Of a stretch of DNA of 64,000 nt, positions 45,325-55,148 are shown piece by piece; position 1 is the stretch's first letter; each line of letters starts with the position of its first letter. The DNA is from a virus (lineage: Duplodnaviria > Caudoviricetes): positions 1,142-65,141 of the IMG/VR virus record IMGVR_UViG_3300032770_000022, one strand, 5' to 3'. A program made the translations under genes and the position numbers. The notes below the pieces were generated by a model. That model was not told the DNA's origin. It did no database searches and saw only the letters and a program-made list of their open reading frames with translations.

Positions 45325-46701
45325 ATGCCGTCGATCGTGACATTGAACGTCTCGCTGTTGCAGGCGCCGACGCCCAACACCTTGCAGCAGACCGGCGCCC
45401 TGATCAGCCAGGGCGCGACGACCAAGGCGCAGAACACGCTGACGCTGCTGACCCAGGTGTCGGACCTGACCGCGATCCTCGCCGGCACCAAGGCGCTGTC
45501 GAACCTGACATGGGCGACAAACACGGTGACCGCGACGACGACCGCGCCGCACGGATACACCAACGGCGATACGGTGGAACTGACGATCGCGGGCGCGGCC
45601 CCGGCCGGATACAACGGCTCGTTCCTCTGCACGATAACCGGGGCGTCCACCTTCACCTATCCGCTGGCGGTCAACCCTGGCACGATGACGACTCCCGGCA
45701 CCTACACGCCGGAGGATGTGGCCGAGCTCCTGGCGATGGCGACGACCTACTTCGCGCAGGGCACGCAGGCGCCGGTTTACGTGCTGGAGTTGGGCCAGGG
45801 CGGCGCGAACGACGGCGTGGCGACGCTGACGACCTATCTCCAGACCAATCCGCTGACGATCTACGCGGTGTGCGTGCCGCGCACCTGGGACGCCAACGCC
45901 AACTTCCTCTCGCTGATCGCGAGTTACGAGGCGCCCACCGGCAAGTTCTACTTCTTCGTCACGACCACGACGACGAACTATACCAGCTACACCGCGCTGA
46001 TGAAGGACGTGTTCGCGCTGATCGAGGCGCCCGGCATCCCGGCGCTGGAGTTCAGCGTGGCGGGTGCGATGCAGGCGCTGCTGCGGCGCAACCCGTCGAA
46101 CACCAACCGTGCCACGCCGTTCGCGTTCACCGAACTGTTCGGCGTCACGCCCTATCCCACGATGGGCAACGGCGCGCTGCTGACGGCGCTCAAGGCGGCG
46201 GGCGTCAACGTGATCGGCACCGGGGCCGAGGGCGGAGAGAGCAACACGATCCTGCTCTGGGGCACGACGATGGACGTGCGCGACTTCGCCTACTGGTATT
46301 CGCTCGACTGGGTGCAGATACAGACGCAGCTGAACATCGCCAACGAGGTGATCAACGGCTCGAACAACAACATCAACCCGCTCGACTACGACCAGGATGG
46401 CATCAACCGCCTGGAGGGGCGGCTCGTCCAGGTGATGAAGAACGCCGTCACCTTCGGCCTCGCGGTCGGCACGGTGACGCAGCTTCAACTCGACGGACCC
46501 ACGCTCGCGCAGCAGATCGACGCCAATGCGTTCAGCGCCCAGGCGGTGGTCAACGCGGTGCCGTTCGTCACCTACACGACGGCGAACCCAGGGGACTACA
46601 AGATCGGCCGCTACAACGGGCTGTCGATCATCTACATCCCGCAGCGAGGGTTCATCTCGATCCTCATAAACATTTTGGCGTCGGATTTCGTAACGTTCTG
46701 A
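45325..46701 (+). CDS. Tail sheath protein (DUF3383-like)
   Basis: 458 aa; 'YWYSLDW.Q', 'YDQDGINRL', 'YNGLS'; precedes a 147-aa tube gene. Confidence 0.8.
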   Translation: MPSIVTLNVSLLQAPTPNTLQQTGALISQGATTKAQNTLTLLTQVSDLTAILAGTKALSNLTWATNTVTATTTAPHGYTNGDTVELTIAGAAPAGYNGSFLCTITGASTFTYPLAVNPGTMTTPGTYTPEDVAELLAMATTYFAQGTQAPVYVLELGQGGANDGVATLTTYLQTNPLTIYAVCVPRTWDANANFLSLIASYEAPTGKFYFFVTTTTTNYTSYTALMKDVFALIEAPGIPALEFSVAGAMQALLRRNPSNTNRATPFAFTELFGVTPYPTMGNGALLTALKAAGVNVIGTGAEGGESNTILLWGTTMDVRDFAYWYSLDWVQIQTQLNIANEVINGSNNNINPLDYDQDGINRLEGRLVQVMKNAVTFGLAVGTVTQLQLDGPTLAQQIDANAFSAQAVVNAVPFVTYTTANPGDYKIGRYNGLSIIYIPQRGFISILINILASDFVTF

Positions 46702-46721
46702 CGCCGAAGGAGTGATGTGGC

Positions 46722-47165
46722 ATGCCGATCACGAACCCCATAATCCCCCAGGGAAACCTCAACAGGCTCCGGGCTTCGATCGTGTTCCCGTCGAACGCGT
46801 CGTTGAACGTGACCGCGCCTTTCCTGACGCGGATGGGGATCAGGCTGGCGCTGGACGGCGATACGACGCTCTATATCCCGACGATGACGGGAGCGATCAC
46901 GTCGCCTGAGCCGTTCCAGATGGCGACGATCACGGTGCACCTGAACAAGGCGAACCAGTTGTCGGCGCTCTACAAGGCTCAGATGGAGCTCCAATCGACG
47001 ATCGGGGACTGCACGATCTTCCCGGACAACAACTCGCTGACGGTCTACAGCATCAACAACGTCTCGATCCAGAGCCTGCGGGAGTTGGACTTCTCCGGCC
47101 AGGAAGGCGATTTCGCGATCGCGCTCCGTGGATATTACTTTCTTAATGCTTCGTTGTGGGCCTGA
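46722..47165 (+). CDS. Tail tube protein
   Basis: Size and position after the sheath. Confidence 0.7.
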   Translation: MPITNPIIPQGNLNRLRASIVFPSNASLNVTAPFLTRMGIRLALDGDTTLYIPTMTGAITSPEPFQMATITVHLNKANQLSALYKAQMELQSTIGDCTIFPDNNSLTVYSINNVSIQSLRELDFSGQEGDFAIALRGYYFLNASLWA

Positions 47166-47258
47166 TGCGGCTCTACCGATCTGCCTCTGGCGGCTTCGTC
47201 GTTGTCCTGTTCCGTTGGTGGTGGCATATTGACCGCACCGGGATCAGGAGGTGCTGAG

Positions 47259-47762
47259 ATGGATACGGAATTCATCGAGTTGGACCTGCGCCGTCCGATG
47301 CGTGTCGGAGGCGCGGCACAGGTGTCACCGACCAAGCTGCTGCTCACCGTAACCACCGGATCAGAGCAGCCGGGATATACTGGCGCTTTGCAGGTATCGC
47401 TGGATGGCACGAGGTTTGTGCCTGGCTCATCGCTTGTGACCGACCGCGCCTCGACCGATCCGACGATCTGGGCAGCACTCGAAGCCGAGAACGCCAGTCT
47501 GCGCGCGGAGGTGCGCGAGATCGCTGTCAAGCTCGCGGACGCGGAGAACCGCATATCGGCGATCGAGCAGGGCGCGGTCGTCGAGGGCGAGAAGACCGAA
47601 AGAAGCCCCGTCGATACCGTCGTGGAAAGCCTGACGAGGGGCGAGGTCAGCAGACCCGACAAGCAGAGGCTTCGCGGCGCGCTCGACAAGGCGGACGCAC
47701 CCGCGACCGGCCGCGCGGCCTCGGATCAGGCGCTCGGGCGCATAGCCGGAAAATCGTGGTGA
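47259..47762 (+). CDS. Hypothetical protein
   Basis: AGGAGG RBS before ATG 47259. Confidence 0.5.
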   Translation: MDTEFIELDLRRPMRVGGAAQVSPTKLLLTVTTGSEQPGYTGALQVSLDGTRFVPGSSLVTDRASTDPTIWAALEAENASLRAEVREIAVKLADAENRISAIEQGAVVEGEKTERSPVDTVVESLTRGEVSRPDKQRLRGALDKADAPATGRAASDQALGRIAGKSW

Positions 47763-48424
47763 CCATCCGCATCGACGAGCAGCTCAACCTCGTGTTGCCG
47801 ATCGACCGCTCGGACGGCGCGGTGATCTGGCTCCATGCGGCGCCCATCTCGCGCGAGGTATTCCAGCAGCACTGGCTCGTGCTGAGCAAGACGTTCATGG
47901 GCATGGTCGCGCACGAATTGACGGGACTGCCGCAACTGTGCGGCAACATGCTGCGGCAGATGGCCGAGAGTCTGAACGTGTGGGACGGGCCGGCGGGCGT
48001 GTCGATGACGCTGCTGCCAGAGATCAGGCGGCTCGCGAACGTCGTGGTGCCGGGAGGGACGAACGGAGCGTCAGGCTGGCAGCCTATGCCGCTGGACGAA
48101 GCGGTGCGGCGCAAGATGGTGGACCCCGAGGACGCGGACCAGATCGAGGGCGTGTTGATTTTTTTTTCGGCCGCATGGCGGTTGCTGCCTCGGAAGGACC
48201 GGGCGACGCGGACGGCTGGCGCTGTGAGTGTTCTGGATGCTTCGATCAGATCGCAACCCTTGTCGGACTTCGTCGCTTCTTTGCCGACCTTGACCGAGAC
48301 CGCCAGTACTGGCGCGACGCCCCCGGCTCCGTCGTCGCCACCGTCCTGGATTGGGGTGCCGGGCCCGGTTTCGAGCAGTGCTTCTGGGAGCGCGACACCA
48401 GCTTTCCCTGGCGTTCCGCACTAG
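47756..48424 (+). CDS. Tail assembly chaperone-like protein
   Basis: Position before the tape measure; T9 run at 48159-48167. Confidence 0.55.
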   Translation: MVTIRIDEQLNLVLPIDRSDGAVIWLHAAPISREVFQQHWLVLSKTFMGMVAHELTGLPQLCGNMLRQMAESLNVWDGPAGVSMTLLPEIRRLANVVVPGGTNGASGWQPMPLDEAVRRKMVDPEDADQIEGVLIFFSAAWRLLPRKDRATRTAGAVSVLDASIRSQPLSDFVASLPTLTETASTGATPPAPSSPPSWIGVPGPVSSSASGSATPAFPGVPH

Positions 48425-48477
48425 AGTTCCGCCAGCGCAATCAGCAGCCTCGCGCTCTATAACGACAGGAGGCCGCC

Positions 48478-50418
48478 ATCGCACTTAGGTCGATCCTCAA
48501 CATTGATGTGAATAGCGCCGGCTTCGACGCGTTCGTCCGCAAGTTCCAGGAGTTCCAGAAGGCAGGGCGGACGGTCATGCCGACCGGCCCTGGCGGCATC
48601 GGCGGCGGGGCTATGGGCCAGTCCAAGACGGCGATGCAGGAGCAGTTGACGTTCGCCGATCGGCTGAACCGGGCGAACAGGCAACTGCTGCGTGACTGGC
48701 AGGGCATCCGAGACGCGTCCGCGCTAGTCGTGCGGCACGTCAAGGAGATCGGCAGCACGCTGCTGCACATGGGCGCGCTGTCGGGGCTGATAGGCGGCCT
48801 CGCGACCGGCTTTGGGTTCCTCGGCATGGATATGCTGGGGCGCGGGACGGCGGGCTACAGGCGCAGCGCGCTGGGCCTCGGCACGTCCATAGGCGGCATG
48901 CGGGCGTTCGGCCTCGACTTCGGCCGGTTCGTCGATACAGGTTCCGTGCTGGGCGGCGTGTCGGCGGCGATGCGCGATCCGATGAAGCGCACGGCGCTGC
49001 TGTCGCTCGGCATCAACCCAGCCGAGGGAGAGGATGCCGCTTCGGTGGCGGTGCGCACGCTGGAGCGCACGCAGCAACTCGCCAAGCAGACGCCGGAGTC
49101 GATGCTGGGCACACTGCTGCAATCGCGGCGGCTCGGCGAACTCGGCATCTCGCTGCAAGACCTGACGCGGCTGCGCAACATGTCGCCGGAGGAACTGCGA
49201 CAGCAAGGCGCGCAATTCCGGACGGACGTCACCAATCGCGGCCTCAACCTGACCGACGATCAAGCGAAGAAGTGGCAGCAGTTCATCACGACGATCGACC
49301 GGGCGAGGATGACGGTCGAGACCTCGTTCATCCGTGGCCTGACGCCGCTCGCGCCCGCGTTGGAGAAATTGTCGCAGGCGTTCAGTAAGACGATCCAGGC
49401 GCTGCTGTCCAAGCCGGAACTCCAGCAATGGATCGACAACCTCGCGGAAGGCATCAAGCGGTTCGGCGACTACGTGGCGACGCCGGCCTTCCAGAAGGAC
49501 GTGGAAGATTTCGCGACCGCCGTCGGCCGCATGGCGAAGGCGCTTGTCAGCGGCGTCGAGTGGATCGCCGAGAAGCTGGGAGCGCTGGGCATCGGCGTCG
49601 GCGGGAATGCGGGCAGCAAGACTGGACCAGCCGCTCCTGCCGCACCTTTGGGGCGCGGCGTGCAGCCCGGCGCGGTGCCGATCCCAGGCACCGGATCGAT
49701 CTTCGGCAATCAGCAGGATACGCTGATGCGCAACCCGGACGGGACGATCGTCAACCCGTCCACCGGCGCGCTCTACCGGCAGCTTCCGGGCGGCGAGTTC
49801 CAGTGGCTCGGCACCTATGCTCCGGCGCAGAGGTCGTCGTTCATGTCGCCCGGCCTGCGCGGCGGCATCCAGCCGGCATCGTTCGCGGTGCCGATGACGG
49901 ACCGGACGAAAGAGGCGCACGATTATTTCACGAGGCTCGGCTACAGTGAGATCGCGACGGCGGGGCTGCTCGCGAACATCAAGGGCGAGAGCGGATTCAA
50001 TCCGGCGGCGTTCAATCCCGAGGGCGGCGGCCAGGGCGCGCAGGGCATCATGCAGTGGCGCGGCCCGCGCATCGACCAGTTCCGCCGCATGTTCGGCCAC
50101 GATCCCAGCCAGGGCACGTTCGAGGAGCAGCTTGCGTTCACGCAGTGGGAACTGACGCACACGGAGAAGGGCACGGCCTACGCGCTGTTCGGCGCGCGCA
50201 CGGCGGCCGAGGCGGCGAAGGAAGTGCTGCGGCTCTACAGCCGGCCGGACCCGATGGGACAGCAGCCGCTGGGCGCACAGCGCGGCGGATGGGCGGACCA
50301 GTACTACCGCAACTTCACCGGCGTTCCCTCTGGCCCGCAGAAGGCGACGAACGTCATCATCACGGTCAGGAACGAGACGGGCGGCAACGCGATAACCTCC
50401 ATTGCCCAGGTCGCGTGA
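48478..50418 (+). CDS. Tape measure protein with C-terminal phage tail lysozyme domain
   Basis: Helical body; 'AGLLANI.GES.FNP.A...GAQGIMQW...R...EQL.F...EL'; start ATC 48478 (after AGGAGG) or GTG 48508. Confidence 0.8.
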   Translation: MALRSILNIDVNSAGFDAFVRKFQEFQKAGRTVMPTGPGGIGGGAMGQSKTAMQEQLTFADRLNRANRQLLRDWQGIRDASALVVRHVKEIGSTLLHMGALSGLIGGLATGFGFLGMDMLGRGTAGYRRSALGLGTSIGGMRAFGLDFGRFVDTGSVLGGVSAAMRDPMKRTALLSLGINPAEGEDAASVAVRTLERTQQLAKQTPESMLGTLLQSRRLGELGISLQDLTRLRNMSPEELRQQGAQFRTDVTNRGLNLTDDQAKKWQQFITTIDRARMTVETSFIRGLTPLAPALEKLSQAFSKTIQALLSKPELQQWIDNLAEGIKRFGDYVATPAFQKDVEDFATAVGRMAKALVSGVEWIAEKLGALGIGVGGNAGSKTGPAAPAAPLGRGVQPGAVPIPGTGSIFGNQQDTLMRNPDGTIVNPSTGALYRQLPGGEFQWLGTYAPAQRSSFMSPGLRGGIQPASFAVPMTDRTKEAHDYFTRLGYSEIATAGLLANIKGESGFNPAAFNPEGGGQGAQGIMQWRGPRIDQFRRMFGHDPSQGTFEEQLAFTQWELTHTEKGTAYALFGARTAAEAAKEVLRLYSRPDPMGQQPLGAQRGGWADQYYRNFTGVPSGPQKATNVIITVRNETGGNAITSIAQVA

Positions 50419-50438
50419 GATAGGATACAGTCGTCATA

Positions 50439-50507
50439 GACCGGTTCGAAGCCCGTCCGTGAGGACCGGCGGAGACTTGCGGGTTCGAATCCCGTCGCCT
50501 TGCACCA
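50439..50507 (+). other. tRNA-like 3' fragment(s)
   Basis: GCGGG-TTCGAAT-CCCGT-CGCCTTGC-A-CCA (50479-50507) and a second GGTTCGAAGCC upstream; no D or anticodon arm recognisable. Confidence 0.35.
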
Positions 50508-50870
50508 AAAAGCCTCGGCTGGATGATGCAGTGAGGAAGCGGGGCGCGGCTGCGTGAGGGACCAGCGCCGGTTGCGAAATTCCTCGGGGCCGGGATACGC
50601 GCCCCACATCGAGCGGGCCGGGGCGATCTCCATCGACAGGGAGCAACGACCCCGGCCACCCTTCCCAGAATCCCCCTACGATCGCCGTACACGGCGTCCA
50701 GCTTTTCCCGGTAGGGTAACAGCGGCCAGACCGCGCATCGGCGCCAGCGCTCGTTCTATCGCGGCGCCGGGCCTGTTTGGGAGCCAAGGGCACTTGCTGT
50801 ATGATACGGGACCGGACGGCGCTTCCAACGCCGATCCGATCCCTGACCTGATCGCTACTGAGGGGCGACC

Positions 50871-51662
50871 ATGGCTGCCGTCAAAGATATACTCCGCCGG
50901 TTCTATGTCTACATCATCTTCCGATGGGACGGCTCACCATGCTACGTCGGCAAGGGCAGAGGCGATCGGTGGCTGAGACATGCCAAGAATAGCACCAATC
51001 GCCACCTCGGGCGCATATATGCTCAAGCTGGCGGAACCCTTCCGATCATCAAAGTGCGCGAAGGGCTGACGCACGCCGAAGCATGCGAAACCGAGATTGC
51101 TTTGATTATCGCGATTGGACGTGCCGACTTGGGACGTGGCCCTCTGGTGAATTTCACCGATGGAGGAGAGGGTATGCTTGGCCATCGTCCATCCCCGGAG
51201 ACATGCGAGAAGATTGCGTCGAGCCATAGAGGCCGACCGCTTTCCGCAGAACACAAAGCGCAGATCGGCGAGACCCAGCGGGGTAAGCCAAAACCTGACG
51301 GACACGGCGCCAAAGTAGCTGCTGCGCTTATCGGCCATGTCATATCAGAAGCGACTCGGGCCAAGATCGGTGCGGCAAATCGTGGCCAGAAGCGATCTCC
51401 TGAACAGGTCGAGCGGATGCGTATCGTCGCATCATCACCTGACGTAGTTGCAAGACTGCGTGCTGCCAATCTCGGGAAGAGAGCAACGCCCGAAGCGCGT
51501 GCCAAAATGATCGCATCGCGGAAAGGCAAGCCAAGCCCGAAACCACCTGGGTTCGGAGCCACAGTCAGCGCAGCAATACGCAGAAGGAAGTTATTAGCGC
51601 AGTGCCGCGAGGGGGCCGGCGCTGGACCATTGTTCGACTATCGACCGGAATCTGATCAATGA
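50871..51662 (+). CDS. GIY-YIG homing endonuclease 2
   Basis: 'FYVYIIFR..G.PCYVGKG..DR', 'GPLVNFTDGGEG', NUMOD3-like repeats. Confidence 0.85.
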   Translation: MAAVKDILRRFYVYIIFRWDGSPCYVGKGRGDRWLRHAKNSTNRHLGRIYAQAGGTLPIIKVREGLTHAEACETEIALIIAIGRADLGRGPLVNFTDGGEGMLGHRPSPETCEKIASSHRGRPLSAEHKAQIGETQRGKPKPDGHGAKVAAALIGHVISEATRAKIGAANRGQKRSPEQVERMRIVASSPDVVARLRAANLGKRATPEARAKMIASRKGKPSPKPPGFGATVSAAIRRRKLLAQCREGAGAGPLFDYRPESDQ

Positions 51663-52399
51663 GTGGCTATTCGCCTGGGCTTTTTGCCTATCGTATGGGA
51701 TTTCAATTGTGTCCAATTTTGTTGACAGGCGGCATCGCTGATTTCGTCCCCGGTAACATCCTGCCGATCACGCTGTTCACCGAGGCGCTGAACCTCGCCT
51801 TCACCGGCGGCTCGATCGGGCCGGATGACTTCTTCGCCAATTACCAGCCGCAGCCGGGCTCGACCATCATCGACAACCAGGTGGCGGTCTACCCCTTCGC
51901 CAACCAGGCGGTCGCGGCCAACGCGCAGATCGCCCAGCCGCTCCAGATCAGCCTGCGCATGATATGCCCGGTGCGCGATCCCGGAGGCTACGCGGCGAAG
52001 CTGGTGACGATGATCGCGCTGCAATCCACGCTCGACCAGCACAACCGAAGCGCTGGCACCTACACGATCGCGACGCCGAGCTTCTTCTACACCGACTGCA
52101 TCATGACCGGGATGCGCGACATCTCCGGGGCCGAGAGCCATCAGGCGCAGTGGGTGTGGCAACTGGATTTCCTCAAGCCGCTGCTGACGCTCGAGCAGGC
52201 GCAGCAGGCGCAGAACTCGCTGATGGCCAAGCTGACCTCCGGGCAGCAGACTTCGGACAACCCTTCGTGGTCGGGCGCCGACGCGCAGGTCGGATCGATC
52301 TCGCCGCTCGCGCCCACGCAGCCCGCCGCCTCGGCGGCCGGTTCATCCATCGTCGGGCCGCAGAACGCATTCACGCCATTTGGCGGCGCGTCGCCTTGA
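51659..52399 (+). CDS. Baseplate/tail-tube initiator-like protein
   Basis: Position after the tape measure; 'YPFANQ..AANA.I.QPL'. Confidence 0.6.
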   Translation: MSGYSPGLFAYRMGFQLCPILLTGGIADFVPGNILPITLFTEALNLAFTGGSIGPDDFFANYQPQPGSTIIDNQVAVYPFANQAVAANAQIAQPLQISLRMICPVRDPGGYAAKLVTMIALQSTLDQHNRSAGTYTIATPSFFYTDCIMTGMRDISGAESHQAQWVWQLDFLKPLLTLEQAQQAQNSLMAKLTSGQQTSDNPSWSGADAQVGSISPLAPTQPAASAAGSSIVGPQNAFTPFGGASP

Positions 52400-52677
52400 C
52401 CACCTTCATCCCGTTCGTCCCGCAACCCTCGCCGCGCCGCCCGCCGTTCGCCTTCACGGCGACGCTGGACGGGCAGACCTATCAGATCAACGCTCGTTGG
52501 AATGCGTTCGGGCTGCGCTGGTATCTTGTCTGCAATGACTCGTCGGGCAACCTGCTGTTCAACCTGCCCATGATCGGCTCGCCGGACACGGGTGACATCA
52601 ACATCGTCAAGGGCTACTTTCTGGTGAGCACGCTCGTGTTTCGCGTGTCCACACAGACTTTTGAAATAAACCCCTAG
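52396..52677 (+). CDS. Small baseplate protein
   Basis: TTG start; 'F.ATLDGQTY....WN..G.RWYL'. Confidence 0.6.
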   Translation: MTTFIPFVPQPSPRRPPFAFTATLDGQTYQINARWNAFGLRWYLVCNDSSGNLLFNLPMIGSPDTGDINIVKGYFLVSTLVFRVSTQTFEINP

Positions 52678-52693
52678 TCATAGGGAGGTTAAT

Positions 52694-53773
52694 ATAAGGT
52701 TTTACCGCATCGAGATGAAATGGCACGACAGCGGCCAGCCGGTGATCTTCCCGTCGCTGAATGGTTCCGGCATGCCGCCGGGCGTGATCACGTCGCTGCT
52801 GCCTGACGGCACGACGAACCCCGCCGCGCTGAACATCGAACTAGACCTGCCGCAGTACTGGGGCCATACCGGGGGCGGCGACATATCAAGCTATCTGCGC
52901 ATCTGGGGCCTGTCGCTCCTGGAACTCGGGCAGGCGTTCAATCTCGCAATCCCCACGAGGGCGGTGGACATCAAGATATTCGGCGGCATGGCTCAGGGCT
53001 ACCCGCTCGCCGACCCGACGCAGCAGGGCATCATCACCCAAGGTCAGATCAACCAGGCGTTCGGCAACTGGCTGGGGACGGACATGACGCTGGACATGTA
53101 CATCCGCCCGCCCGCGTCCGGCTCGGCGTACAACCCGGACAACCCGCTGAACTTCACCTTCACGTGGTCCACCGGCCAGACGTTGAAGGACGCGATCGCT
53201 GCGACGCTCTCCAAGGCGATGCCCGGCGTGCAGCAGAACATCAACGTCAATGCGAACCGCGTGCCGAACGCGACGAAGACGGGCTACTATGCCTCGTTCA
53301 GCCAGTTCGCCACGATGATCCAGGAGATGACGGCCGGCGAACTCGGGTCGGACGACATGGGCGTGGTGATGGCGCACACAGGATCGGCGGTGAACGTTTA
53401 CGAGGGCACGCCTGGGCCGCCGCCGACGACCGGCATCACGCAGATCAAGTTCCAGGACCTGCTCGGGCAGGTGACGTGGGCAGCGCCGAACCAACTGACC
53501 GCGAAGCTGGTGATGCGCGGCGACCTCAACATCTCGGACTGGATACAGTTCCCGCAGGGTCTCGTGGCCACCACGACAGCGAGCGCGCTGCCGGCCTTCG
53601 GTGGGACCGGCGCCAATCCGTCGAACAACCTGACGTTCAGCGGCAAGTTCCAGATCGCGCAGATTCAGCATTGGGGGAATTTTCGCAATCCAGACGCACT
53701 TTCGTGGAATACTACCATATGGGCGAATCTACAGCCTCAACAGGGCAGCGGCGCGACTTCTACGTCTATGTAG
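52694..53773 (+). CDS. Baseplate hub protein
   Basis: 'LRIWGLS', 'GQINQAFGNW', 'G.F.I..I.HWGNFR'; start ATA 52694 (after GGAGG) or ATG 52715. Confidence 0.65.
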   Translation: MRFYRIEMKWHDSGQPVIFPSLNGSGMPPGVITSLLPDGTTNPAALNIELDLPQYWGHTGGGDISSYLRIWGLSLLELGQAFNLAIPTRAVDIKIFGGMAQGYPLADPTQQGIITQGQINQAFGNWLGTDMTLDMYIRPPASGSAYNPDNPLNFTFTWSTGQTLKDAIAATLSKAMPGVQQNINVNANRVPNATKTGYYASFSQFATMIQEMTAGELGSDDMGVVMAHTGSAVNVYEGTPGPPPTTGITQIKFQDLLGQVTWAAPNQLTAKLVMRGDLNISDWIQFPQGLVATTTASALPAFGGTGANPSNNLTFSGKFQIAQIQHWGNFRNPDALSWNTTIWANLQPQQGSGATSTSM

Positions 53774-54468
53774 TGTTCCGCTTGTCCACCGGCATCCCAT
53801 GCTATGTCGGCAAGGGATCGGGCGGTCGTGCGAAGGAGTCGGTGACGAAATCGCACAATAAAGTCCTGCGCGGAATTCGGCGCAAAGAAGGGGACCTGCC
53901 GGTTGTGATAATCCGCGATGGTCTGCTTGAACCACAGGCATTCGAGATTGAGCGCATCATGATCGCGCTGATCGGCCGTCGTGATCTCGGAACCGGACCG
54001 CTGGTGAACCTGACGGATGGCGGCGAAGGTGTCAGCAATTTCGGACCGGAAACGCGATTGCGTAAATCGATCGCCGGAAAAAGTCGTAAACATTCTCCCG
54101 AAACGCTAGCGAAGATCGCCGAGGCCAGGAAACGATGGGCAGGACACTCAGAAGAAACCAAGGAATTCCTGCGAGCACTTTGGACGGGCCGCCGACATAC
54201 TGAAGAAACTCGTGCCAAGATGTCTATATCGCAGAAAAGACGCCCTCTACCCGGCCCGATGCCCTTTGCCCAACGCGAAAAAATACGAACGAGCAATCTT
54301 GGAGTTCCCCGATCCATAGCGGCGCGGGAGAACATGACAGATGCAAAGCGACAATCTTGGGCACGTAATCCGGCGCAAGGCATGACCGGCAAACATCATT
54401 CCGAGGAGACGCTTGCAAAGATGCGCAAGGCTTGGGAGCGGCGCCGCGAACGTATGGCCACCTCCTGA
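53719..54468 (+). CDS. GIY-YIG homing endonuclease 3
   Basis: 'FYVYVVFR...IPCYVGKG', 'GPLVNLTDGGEG', repeated 'H(S/T)EET..KM' NUMOD3 motifs. Confidence 0.85.
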   Translation: MGESTASTGQRRDFYVYVVFRLSTGIPCYVGKGSGGRAKESVTKSHNKVLRGIRRKEGDLPVVIIRDGLLEPQAFEIERIMIALIGRRDLGTGPLVNLTDGGEGVSNFGPETRLRKSIAGKSRKHSPETLAKIAEARKRWAGHSEETKEFLRALWTGRRHTEETRAKMSISQKRRPLPGPMPFAQREKIRTSNLGVPRSIAARENMTDAKRQSWARNPAQGMTGKHHSEETLAKMRKAWERRRERMATS

Positions 54469-55136
54469 TGGCAGCTTCAAACGCCCAAAAGACTCCGCTC
54501 ACCCGCGCGCTGCACGACCACACGCGGGGACGGGTCAAGAACGGCATCCAGCTTATCGGCAAGGCGCTCGCGTGCAGCGTCACGCACATCGTCTCCAGCA
54601 AGATCGTCACGGTCAAATGGGAGATCAACGATCCCGACTGGCCTGTGACGCTGCCTCCGGTGACGATGGCGGTGATGGGCACCGAGTACGTCCGCGAGCC
54701 GATCCAGGTCGGCTGCAAGGGGATGGCGGTGCCGGCCGACGTATTCATGGGCGCGATGACGGGCCTCGGCTCGGGCGTGGCGACGTTCAACACGCAGCCC
54801 AACCTCTCCACCCATGTCTTCATGCCGACCGGCAACACTGGCTTCGCTGCGGTCGATTTCAACACGCTCTGGCTGTACGGCGCGTCCTCCGGCACGCTGA
54901 TCAGCGACAGCGCGGCGAACCATGTGACCGTGGCGATCACGTCGACCGGCATCACGATCAACCTGAACGGGCATACGATGCTGATCGAGAACGGCGACCT
55001 GCATGTGACCGGATCGATCATCGGCGGCTTCGGCGGCGGCGATCAGATCGGACTGCTCACGCACACGCACACGCAGCCGGCGGACAGCCACGGCGATACC
55101 GAGGCGGCGGTCAATCCTCCGACAGCGGGCACATAG
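54468..55136 (+). CDS. Baseplate central spike protein
   Basis: OB-like N-terminus 'REPIQVGCKG', beta-rich C-terminus with metal-binding 'HTHT'. Confidence 0.75.
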   Translation: MAASNAQKTPLTRALHDHTRGRVKNGIQLIGKALACSVTHIVSSKIVTVKWEINDPDWPVTLPPVTMAVMGTEYVREPIQVGCKGMAVPADVFMGAMTGLGSGVATFNTQPNLSTHVFMPTGNTGFAAVDFNTLWLYGASSGTLISDSAANHVTVAITSTGITINLNGHTMLIENGDLHVTGSIIGGFGGGDQIGLLTHTHTQPADSHGDTEAAVNPPTAGT

Positions 55137-55148
55137 GGGAGATAGACC

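Noticed and set aside
50439-50507. Complete tRNA or permuted tmRNA gene
   Set aside because: No D arm, anticodon arm or well-paired 5' acceptor strand was found; kept only as a fragment.
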